Below, piece after piece: positions 16,174 through 23,324 of a stretch of 23,324 bases of DNA. The DNA is from Myxococcota bacterium (GTDB taxonomy: Bacteria; Myxococcota_A; UBA796; GCA-2862545). The notes under the pieces are model-generated. The model was not told where the DNA came from, did no database searches, and was given only the letters and a program-made list of their open reading frames with translations. Each line of letters begins with the position of its first letter. Position 1 is the first letter of the stretch. The translations under genes were made by a program, and so were the position numbers. The stretch covers positions 1 through 23,324 of the forward strand of contig JBCCQY010000149.1 in the NCBI GenBank assembly GCA_039208735.1, in the 5' to 3' direction.

Positions 16174-17070
16174 ATGTTGACCTGGTGGCTACTTGCGCTT
16201 GCGGGATGCACAAGGGTGCTCGACCTTGACGCCGAGGACGAGCCCGCCACGTGCGTGCCGGTCGAGACTCCTGAGTTCCGTCTGCCAAGCGTACGCTGGG
16301 GCTTGGCTACGCTTTACGCCTCGCGACGACTAAGCGAGCGGACCGATGCCGTGCCGCAGCTTCGACCCGCATGGTTCCTCGCTTCTGCATGGCAAGCCAC
16401 CGGCTTCGGGTGTGCGGCATACCGAGACCCGTTTGCTGGCGTCAACAATCGACTGGACCGAGACGAAGGGTGTTTGGGCATTCGCCGCGACAAGGTCTGG
16501 AATGAGATCTGCGTGCTGTACCCTTCGATCTTCCCCTGCGATGCTTACCCGGGAACCCTCGCTGGCGACACCCCGGAGGCGAGCGCGCTGACGCTTGCAT
16601 GGTATGCCGTGGCCGCGCACGCCCTCCTGGGGCGATTCGAGGTCGACCCGAACGTGTTCTATGACGAAGCTACCGATCCACGCGCCGCAGCCGAACTTTC
16701 GGCGGCTCTGCACGTGGCGGGTCCCGACCTCAATTCGGCAGGCATCGAACTCAGCGGGTGCGAAGAGGACGTCGCGGCCTGTCTAGACGGTGAGGTCCGG
16801 GACCATGTCCTTGGGGTCACCGAGAAGCTGGATGCGCTGGATGCGGCGGACTGCATCGACATTGACGTTCCAAACGAGGAGCTTTCGGGGTTCATCGACG
16901 GGCTGGCCAGCCGGATTCCCGACTTCGATGCCGATGATGCACTTTCGGCGGCGCAGGCCGCGGAACCGACCTTGAGTGCTGTGGTGGCCGCCGTCGAGCA
17001 GGCGTCCCCCGTGTCGTTGATCTGCCCCGAAGCGGAGCTGAAGCGTTGGTACGGCTTGTCCTGTCCCTAG
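16174..17070 (+). CDS. Cys-rich lipoprotein, possibly a degenerate lysozyme-like fold
   Basis: MLTWWLLALAG-C lipobox; many Cys; acidic. The fold guess rests only on 'PAWFLASAWQATGF...DEGCLGI'. Confidence 0.75.
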   Translation: MLTWWLLALAGCTRVLDLDAEDEPATCVPVETPEFRLPSVRWGLATLYASRRLSERTDAVPQLRPAWFLASAWQATGFGCAAYRDPFAGVNNRLDRDEGCLGIRRDKVWNEICVLYPSIFPCDAYPGTLAGDTPEASALTLAWYAVAAHALLGRFEVDPNVFYDEATDPRAAAELSAALHVAGPDLNSAGIELSGCEEDVAACLDGEVRDHVLGVTEKLDALDAADCIDIDVPNEELSGFIDGLASRIPDFDADDALSAAQAAEPTLSAVVAAVEQASPVSLICPEAELKRWYGLSCP

Positions 17071-17831
17071 TTGACTTCCTTGGGGTCCCCATCGAAGACC
17101 GACTCCAACAAGAGCTGCAGCTTGCGGATGTCGACGTCACGATGGTGGAGGCCGAAGGATTCGCGGTGGCCTCATTGGAAGATCGGTTGGCATTGCTTCG
17201 CGAGCGCGAGGTGGCGTCGCCCGCCGCGTGGATCACGCTCAAAGAAGACACCGTGCAGGTTTCGCTGGCCACGTTCGATTCGGACCGCGCGAATGTCAGG
17301 CTTGTCGCAGTTCCCAGCGGGCCGGATGCCCCCGCCGAACTCGCACTGGGCATTCGCGAGATCCTGACGCAGCTGGCCCCCCCACCCTTGGCCGGCCCGG
17401 AGCCCCGCTCGAGTCTCCATGCGAGCGTCGGGCTCGGAGCCGTCGTTCCCACGCAAGGGCTTGCCCTCGGTCCTCGGTTGTTGTTGCAGGCCGAAGGGAC
17501 CTGGTCGCTTGGTTCGCCGGCCTCGATCGGTGGGATGCTCGCGGTTCAACTGGGACGAGATCAATGGCGAGTGGGACTCGGCGCGGTGGGTCGGTACGGT
17601 CCTGGGCTTGTTGCGGCCCGGCTTGATGTGGCCCGACTGCCCTGGGTGACCTGGCTTCAACCTCGCTTGGACATCGGTGCAACGATCACGCTGAGCCGCT
17701 TCTGGGCGGAGCCTCGCCTCTCGTGGGCCCCGCAACGCGACATCGTCCAACAACGCACGGGTCGGATTTACGACTCCGGACGCATTGAATTCGTGATTGC
17801 GATCGGCTTGCGACAGATGCCTGCCCGTTGA
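17046..17831 (+). CDS. Hypothetical protein, putative outer-membrane protein (N-terminal domain, Pro linker, beta-strand-rich C-terminus)
   Basis: Fills the gap between the lipoprotein and the sigma factor; PPPLAGPEP linker followed by Gly-rich amphipathic strands. The TTG start is uncertain. Confidence 0.7.
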   Translation: MVRLVLSLVDFLGVPIEDRLQQELQLADVDVTMVEAEGFAVASLEDRLALLREREVASPAAWITLKEDTVQVSLATFDSDRANVRLVAVPSGPDAPAELALGIREILTQLAPPPLAGPEPRSSLHASVGLGAVVPTQGLALGPRLLLQAEGTWSLGSPASIGGMLAVQLGRDQWRVGLGAVGRYGPGLVAARLDVARLPWVTWLQPRLDIGATITLSRFWAEPRLSWAPQRDIVQQRTGRIYDSGRIEFVIAIGLRQMPAR

Positions 17832-17835
17832 CGAC

Positions 17836-18417
17836 ATGTCGGGTGTGATTGCCACCGACGTCGATGCCGGTCTTGTGAACCGCCTGCTGCTTGGAGACCA
17901 GGATGCCCTGGGTGCGCTGTACCTGCGATACGGCGCGTCGGTCCGAAGCTTCTTGGCTCGGGTGGTGCCTGCGCTGTCCAATGAGGACATCGACGATCTC
18001 TGCCAGGAGACGTTCATGACCTTCGCCGACGGCGTTCAGCGCTACCAGCACATCGGTCGACTGCGCAGTTGGCTGTTCGGTATCGCCATTCGCAAGGCCC
18101 GCGCCGCGGTGCGACGGCGGCGATGGCGTCGGGCAGTGGGACTTCGGAGCGGCCCGCCAGCGGCCGGCGTCGCCTTAGGGCAACCCCGCGCGGATGACCG
18201 GGTCGATGCTCGGCGTCGGATCGGTCAGCTGATGGCGGACCTTCCAGACCCACAACGAGAGGTGCTGGTACTCACGGCCATGGAGGGCCTCTCGGTGAAA
18301 GAGGCGGCGGCCGTGTTGGGAATTCGAGAAAACGCAGCGTCCGCACGACTGTACCGGGCGCGCAAGGCCATGGCCGCGCTTGACGCAGAGGCCACGCGCA
18401 CGCCGGAGGCCTCATGA
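17836..18417 (+). CDS. ECF RNA polymerase sigma-70 factor
   Basis: Region 2 'DIDDLCQETFM...LRSWLFGIA'; region 4 'LPDPQREVLVLTAMEGLSVKEAAAVLGI...SARLYRAR'. Confidence 0.95.
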   Translation: MSGVIATDVDAGLVNRLLLGDQDALGALYLRYGASVRSFLARVVPALSNEDIDDLCQETFMTFADGVQRYQHIGRLRSWLFGIAIRKARAAVRRRRWRRAVGLRSGPPAAGVALGQPRADDRVDARRRIGQLMADLPDPQREVLVLTAMEGLSVKEAAAVLGIRENAASARLYRARKAMAALDAEATRTPEAS

Positions 18418-19421
18418 ACGAAGACGAACTCCAGGCGTGGGCCCATGCGCAGCGGCAACCTCGGCCCTCTCCCCAAGATGCGTCCGGCTTGGTGAACCGA
18501 TGGCAACGCCGGACCCGACGTCGCTTCGTGACCCGCACGGGATTTGGACTTGCGCTGGCCGCCGCCGTCGTGGCCTTCGTATTGACGAACGCCCCCGATC
18601 CCGTCGTGGCGCCGGTTCCCGAGGTGGTGACCGCAGCGCCCATTCAGCTTGCGCCAGGCCTGCATGAAACCAATGGCGACGCCATTGACGTTGCCGACAA
18701 CAGTTCCGTCACGGTGCTCGCACCCGGACGGTTTGTGCTCACCTCGGGCACCGTCGCCATTGAAGCCCGCTCTCGTCCGAAGACCGCGCCCCTAACGGTC
18801 CAGGCGGGCGATGTGACGGTGACCGTGGTGGGCACCCGGTTCATCGTGACGCTCGATCCGCTTCGCGTCGAGGTGACGGAGGGGGTGGTGGCGGTGGAAC
18901 AGGGGGGAGCGCGCCACCTTGTTCGAGCGGGAGAGGTCTTTCCTCCGCTCGACGATGTTCCACCAGCCCCCCTTCCGCCCCTCGACGCTTTGCGGAACCA
19001 GATCGTGAGCGGAAACCTGGACTCCGCGCGTCTAGGGCTTCGCTATCGCCTCGCCACCGACCCGACCGATGCCGATACCTGGGTCGTACTGGCCCAGCTC
19101 GAGGGGCAAGGCGGAAAGGTCGAGGCGGCCCGAACCGCCTGGCGCGCCGTCGTGGAGCATGGCCGCACGCGTCAAGCCCAGCGCGCACGATTCGAACTCG
19201 CTCGTTCGTTTGAAGACGAGCCGGAAAACGCCCTTGGTTGGCTCGAGGCGTACCTGGCCGATCCTGGGGTCCTCGCGCCCGAGGCTCGGCTTCGCCTGGG
19301 TTTAGCGCAGCGCCAACTGGGCCGACCAGAGGCTGAAAACACCCTTCGACAGGTGATTGTCGACCATCCCGGAACTGCAGCGGCCGCGAGAGCGCGTACG
19401 CTGCTCGGAGAACCTCGATGA
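18414..19421 (+). CDS. FecR-domain anti-sigma factor with C-terminal TPR-like repeats
   Basis: Short cytoplasmic N-terminus, one TM helix (GLALAAAVVAFVL), FecR motif 'VTVVGTRF.V...VEVTEGVVAV', and TPR-like 'EARLRLG...QVIVDHP'. ATGA-coupled to the sigma gene. Confidence 0.9.
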   Translation: MNEDELQAWAHAQRQPRPSPQDASGLVNRWQRRTRRRFVTRTGFGLALAAAVVAFVLTNAPDPVVAPVPEVVTAAPIQLAPGLHETNGDAIDVADNSSVTVLAPGRFVLTSGTVAIEARSRPKTAPLTVQAGDVTVTVVGTRFIVTLDPLRVEVTEGVVAVEQGGARHLVRAGEVFPPLDDVPPAPLPPLDALRNQIVSGNLDSARLGLRYRLATDPTDADTWVVLAQLEGQGGKVEAARTAWRAVVEHGRTRQAQRARFELARSFEDEPENALGWLEAYLADPGVLAPEARLRLGLAQRQLGRPEAENTLRQVIVDHPGTAAAARARTLLGEPR

Positions 19422-20650
19422 ACCGAAGACAGTTGCTCGAGTTCGGGTCCGCCTCGTTGCTGGCGGCACCGTTCGTGGACTTGCTGCGTCCGACGTCGTC
19501 GTTCGCCCAAGCGCGCGGAAAGGCCAAGCGCCTCGCCATCCTGTTCTCGCCGAATGGCACGATCCCCCATCGGTGGCAGCCGACGGGCTCGGGTCGAAAC
19601 TACTCGTTCGGCGATGGTTCGATCCTCGAACCGTTGCAGGGTCTCGAACAAGACCTGCTGGTGCTCGGGGGAATGGACTTCAACACCGGCAACAACCACG
19701 AGGGAGGCATGCGGAACATGCTCACCTGCGGTGGTGACATCAGCATTGACCAGGTGATTGCAGATCACATCGGTGGTGCAGCGCGCTTCGGCTCGCTCGA
19801 ACTCTCGGCTCAGACCTCGGCATGGGGCGGATCGAACCAGACCCGCATGTGCTACCGCGATGGCGGGTTCATCACCCCCGACGATGACCCGATTCACGCC
19901 TGGACGCGATTGTTCGGCGAGGTCGGAGACGCGGCCACCCAGGCGCGCCGTCAGTCGGTTCTCGATCTGGCATCGGACGAACTCAAGGCGCTGCATAAAC
20001 GCCTTGGCAAGGCCCAGCAGGCGCAGCTCGACACCCATCTCGAGGGCCTTCGGACCGTGGAACGGAGCCTCTTTGGCGGCGGTGACTGCGAGTCGCCGGT
20101 GGCGCCAGGGGTCGACGATCCCCAGAACAATGATGCCTTCCCTGCCGTGGCGGACGCCCAGATCGACCTGGCGGTCCAAGCCCTAGCCTGCGGCGTGACG
20201 CCGGTGGTCACGGTGCAGCTGTCCCACACGGTGAGTCCCGTGGTTTGCCGGTGGGTAAACGCGACGTCCGGTCACCATGAGCTTTCGCATGCCGATGACG
20301 GCAACACGGGTTCCGTCCAGAGCTTCGTGGACTGCGAGCAGTGGTTCGCAGGTCAGTTCCGCCGCCTGTGGGAGGGCCTCGATGCAGCGGTCGATCCCGA
20401 AACCGGTCGTCCGTTGCTCGATGACACCGTCGTACTGTGGGTGAAGGAACTCGGAGACAGCCGGGCCCACGTCTGTGAATCGGTGCCTTGGGTGCTTGCG
20501 GGACGAGGCGCCGGGTTTGAACTCGGTCGGTTCTTGGATGTCAACGGAGCGACCCACGATCGCGTGCTCACCTACGTCGCTCAGGCCTTTGGGCTGTCGC
20601 TGGGTTCGTTCGGTACGGGCACCCAGGGCCCGCTGGAGGTGTTGGGATGA
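19418..20650 (+). CDS. DUF1552 (HXXSHH) family protein with Tat-like signal
   Basis: MNRRQLL twin-Arg signal; 'KRLAILFSPNG', 'ILEPL', 'SIDQVIA', 'RRQSVLD', 'HHELSH', 'LLDDTVV..ELG..H' family motifs. Confidence 0.92.
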   Translation: MNRRQLLEFGSASLLAAPFVDLLRPTSSFAQARGKAKRLAILFSPNGTIPHRWQPTGSGRNYSFGDGSILEPLQGLEQDLLVLGGMDFNTGNNHEGGMRNMLTCGGDISIDQVIADHIGGAARFGSLELSAQTSAWGGSNQTRMCYRDGGFITPDDDPIHAWTRLFGEVGDAATQARRQSVLDLASDELKALHKRLGKAQQAQLDTHLEGLRTVERSLFGGGDCESPVAPGVDDPQNNDAFPAVADAQIDLAVQALACGVTPVVTVQLSHTVSPVVCRWVNATSGHHELSHADDGNTGSVQSFVDCEQWFAGQFRRLWEGLDAAVDPETGRPLLDDTVVLWVKELGDSRAHVCESVPWVLAGRGAGFELGRFLDVNGATHDRVLTYVAQAFGLSLGSFGTGTQGPLEVLG

Positions 20651-22371
20651 TCGCACTGTTCGCCTTGATCGGCTGTGGTGGTGGCGGCGGTAACGACGCC
20701 CCGACCTGTGGCGAAGAAGAACCTGCGGAACGGCTGCTTCGTCGGCTGACCCACGACGAGTATCGGCGGACCGTCGAGGACCTGACCGGGGTGACGGTCG
20801 ATGCCTCGCTCGCGTCCGACCCGACGGTCGAGAACTTCCGCAACGACGCCCATGCACTCGTGGTCAACGGCTTGCTGGCGGACCAGTACCGGACCGCGGC
20901 AGAATCCGTGGGGCAGGCCTACAACGTTGAGGGGAATCTGCCGTGCAACCCCACCGAAGACGGAGATGTGGCATGTGCGACCAGCTTCGTTGAGACGTTT
21001 GGGCTGCGCGCGTTCCGGCGCCCCTTGAATGACGACGACATCGAAGCATACGTGGGCTTATGGTCCGAAGTCGCCTCGGAGGATGGCTTTTCCGAGGGGG
21101 TTCGCTGGGTGGTGACGGCGATGCTTCAATCGCCGCACTTCCTCTACCGTTCCGAACTGGGTACGCGAGAGCGGAAGAAGGACCCCTTTGTGCTTTCCGA
21201 CTGGGAGATGGCCACCGCGCTGTCTTACCTGCTGTGGGGCACGATGCCCGATGCGACGCTGTTTGAAGCCGCAGCGGTGGGCCAGTTGCGCACCGATGAG
21301 CAGGTCGAAGCCCAAATCGACCGGATGATCGGAGACCCCCGAGCCGTCGAAACGGTGGCTGACTTCGTCGACGCCTGGCTCGATCTGGGGCAGCTGCAGA
21401 CGGTGGCGCGGGAAGGCCTGACCGATGACGCCCGCCAAACCATGGCCGACGAGACGCGAGCCCAGGTGGCGCAGTGGGTGGAAGAAGGTGGGACGTTGGC
21501 CTCGTTGTTGGCCGCGGAGGATGGGCTGTTGACGCAGGCCTCGGTGCTTACCACACATGCCCGTCCCGACGGCTCATCCCCGGTCCATCGGGGTGTGTTG
21601 ATTCGCGAACGCTTGCTCTGCGAGGAGCTTCCACCCCCTCCTCCGAACATCGACACGTCGCCGCCGCCGGTCGATCCCACCAAATCCACCCGCGATCGAT
21701 ACCGCGAGCACTCCGACAACCCCGATTGTTCGGGCTGCCACGTGCTCATCGATCCCCTAGGCTTCGCGTTCGAACACTACGATCAGCTTGGGCAATGGCG
21801 TGACGACGATGCGGGGCATCCCATCGATGACTCGGGCGCGCTCGACGGGGTCCCGTTCGAAGGACCCGAGGGCCTGGCGATGGCCTTGCTCGATGATCCC
21901 AGGTTCCGTGAGTGCTTTGTGTACAGCTGGCGACGCCATGCCAGGGGAACCCATGCGTGTGGCGATGACCGTGGCACGGATGTGCTCTTGATCCAGCCCC
22001 TGCTCGAAGTGCTTACGACGTACGGCTTTCGCCATCGAGACGGGGCTCGCAGTGAAAAGGACACCTTGGCCGTCGGAGATGGGGGGCCCGTCTCCGCTCC
22101 CAATGTGCCCGGGGCCGTAGGCGCCGTCGAATTCAGGATCGAAGTCAACAACGATTGGGGCGGTGGGTTCTGCGCGAACGGATCGGTTCACAACGACGGT
22201 CAGGAACCCGTGACGTGGAGCGGTCGCTACGCCATCGACGGCAGCATCAGCAGCATCTGGGATGCCGTCGTGGAGGAAGACGGGGCTAACTGGGTGTTCT
22301 CAGGCCGCGACAACAACGCGACCCTCGAGCCCGGTGAACGCACGCAGTTCGGCTTCTGCGCCCAACGGTAG
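20647..22371 (+). CDS. DUF1587/1595/1592/1588 (PSD/PSCyt) haem-binding lipoprotein with C-terminal CBM2
   Basis: Lipobox LIG-C; LRRLT..EY; FGLRAFRRPL; LQSPHFLYRSE; LSYLLWGTMPD; SPVHRG...LLC..LPPPP; CSGCH (21727-21741) followed by IDPLGFAFEHYD. C-terminal 'NDWGGGFCAN...W...IWDA...N..LEPG...FGFCA' matches CBM2 (about 22130-22368). Confidence 0.92.
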   Translation: MIALFALIGCGGGGGNDAPTCGEEEPAERLLRRLTHDEYRRTVEDLTGVTVDASLASDPTVENFRNDAHALVVNGLLADQYRTAAESVGQAYNVEGNLPCNPTEDGDVACATSFVETFGLRAFRRPLNDDDIEAYVGLWSEVASEDGFSEGVRWVVTAMLQSPHFLYRSELGTRERKKDPFVLSDWEMATALSYLLWGTMPDATLFEAAAVGQLRTDEQVEAQIDRMIGDPRAVETVADFVDAWLDLGQLQTVAREGLTDDARQTMADETRAQVAQWVEEGGTLASLLAAEDGLLTQASVLTTHARPDGSSPVHRGVLIRERLLCEELPPPPPNIDTSPPPVDPTKSTRDRYREHSDNPDCSGCHVLIDPLGFAFEHYDQLGQWRDDDAGHPIDDSGALDGVPFEGPEGLAMALLDDPRFRECFVYSWRRHARGTHACGDDRGTDVLLIQPLLEVLTTYGFRHRDGARSEKDTLAVGDGGPVSAPNVPGAVGAVEFRIEVNNDWGGGFCANGSVHNDGQEPVTWSGRYAIDGSISSIWDAVVEEDGANWVFSGRDNNATLEPGERTQFGFCAQR

Positions 22372-22374
22372 CGG

Positions 22375-22626
22375 TCACGAAAAGGAGGCTTGTCCAAGGC
22401 GTGTGGACCAACCATCGTCGTATTCAACGACGAGGTAGGTCCCGCTGCCATGCCGGACCAGCTTCCGACGCTTCTTGCCCTGTCCTGGGCCAAGCCATCC
22501 GCCATCGTCGACGATGACGTCAAGGTCGGCGCGGCTCCGGCAGGCCTGAAGGCTTGCAATCTCGGAGGCGTGATTTGCGGGATCGAGCGCATCGATCAAC
22601 GTTTTCAGGGCGTGGTCAAAGGCCAT
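22375..22626 (-). CDS. Small hypothetical protein (83 aa)
   Basis: The ATG overlaps the mgsA stop (TGATG), with GGAGGAG upstream; sequence [10 protein letters not shown]...LVVEYDDGWSTRLGQASFS. Confidence 0.7.
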   Translation of the reverse strand: MAFDHALKTLIDALDPANHASEIASLQACRSRADLDVIVDDGGWLGPGQGKKRRKLVRHGSGTYLVVEYDDGWSTRLGQASFS

Positions 22627-23081
22627 CACTCCTCCGGAGCTGAGAAGCGGTTGTTGTAGGACGAAAAATCTGGGATTTCGCGGGCGTATTCGTCCCCGAG
22701 AAACAACGGGGAGGAAATCAGAAAGTCGGCGGTGCTGCGATTGCAGGCCATCGGCACGTTCCAGACCACCGCAAGGCGAAGTAGCGCTTTGACATCCGGA
22801 TCGTGCGGCATCGGGGCCAGGGGATCCCAAAAGAAGATGACGAGGTCGATCTTGCCCTGCGCAATGAGGGCCCCCATCTCCTGGTCGCCGCCCAGCGGCC
22901 CGGAGTGCAGGCAATGAACGGGATGTTCAAGGGCATCTTCGAGCAACGTTCCGGTGGTTCCCGTTGCGATCAGGCGGTGTTGAACGAGGACCGAGCGGTT
23001 GTAGCGGCTCCATTCGATGAGCGCGGGCTTGCGGTGATCATGCGCAATGAGCGCGATGGTCCCACGTGGGGTCGTCGACAT
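22626..23081 (-). CDS. mgsA: Methylglyoxal synthase
   Basis: [42 protein letters not shown] signatures; GGAGG RBS before ATG 23081. Confidence 0.97.
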   Translation of the reverse strand: MSTTPRGTIALIAHDHRKPALIEWSRYNRSVLVQHRLIATGTTGTLLEDALEHPVHCLHSGPLGGDQEMGALIAQGKIDLVIFFWDPLAPMPHDPDVKALLRLAVVWNVPMACNRSTADFLISSPLFLGDEYAREIPDFSSYNNRFSAPEE

Positions 23082-23190
23082 CGGGCCTCCCGACGTGAGC
23101 ATAGCGGGTGTGAGATTCACGCAATGGTTCGGCCTGGCTGGCGCAAGCCCGGTCTGCTAGCAACCCATGCGTATGCACAGGGAGGCGGCA

Positions 23191-23324
23191 ATGATCCGTT
23201 GGGTCGCGCTGTTCGGGGCCGGCATGTTGATGTCGGGCTGCTTCATCTCGGACCTGGTCAACGGCGGCAATGACCGCACCGACGAGGACCAGGACGACGA
23301 CGATGATGACGACGTCAACACGGG
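23191..23324 (+). CDS. Lipoprotein N-terminus, partial (runs off the window)
   Basis: GGAGG RBS, MIRWVALFGAGMLMSG-C, then an Asp-rich linker (DEDQDDDDDDD). Not in the ORF track. Confidence 0.75.
   Translation, partial: MIRWVALFGAGMLMSGCFISDLVNGGNDRTDEDQDDDDDDDVNT

Noticed and set aside
23281..23314. GAC/GAT trinucleotide run
   Set aside because: It encodes an ordinary Asp-rich lipoprotein linker.

Overview
A GC-rich bacterial window, probably from a Myxococcota/Deltaproteobacteria-type genome. This assignment is inferred from the many very short lipoprotein signals, the DUF1552/DUF1592 pair, the ECF-FecR-TPR module and the FG-GAP protein. From left to right it contains: (1) an N-terminally truncated IorB/xanthine-dehydrogenase-family molybdoprotein, joined through a short shared sequence to a lower-GC helicase fragment on the opposite strand; (2) a four-haem cytochrome c lipoprotein and a DUF481-like barrel; (3) an AraC regulator whose divergent target appears lost; (4) a rearranged patch with an FAH pseudogene, a resolvase C-terminus and an intact parDE toxin-antitoxin pair; (5) an FG-GAP protein, a serine hydrolase with a four-repeat insertion, and a divergent double winged-helix STAND-TPR regulator; (6) an AT-rich, att-like intergenic with a possible decayed tRNA 3' end; (7) an ankyrin plus AraC-GyrI pair and two hypothetical genes; (8) a tightly coupled six-gene operon (lipoprotein, putative outer-membrane protein, ECF sigma, FecR-TPR anti-sigma, DUF1552, and a DUF1592-type haem lipoprotein fused to CBM2), which is the best candidate for an uncharacterised system; (9) mgsA with a coupled small ORF, and the start of another lipoprotein. 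No CRISPR array, rRNA or intact tRNA was seen. All domain calls come from motif recognition by eye; no searches were run.
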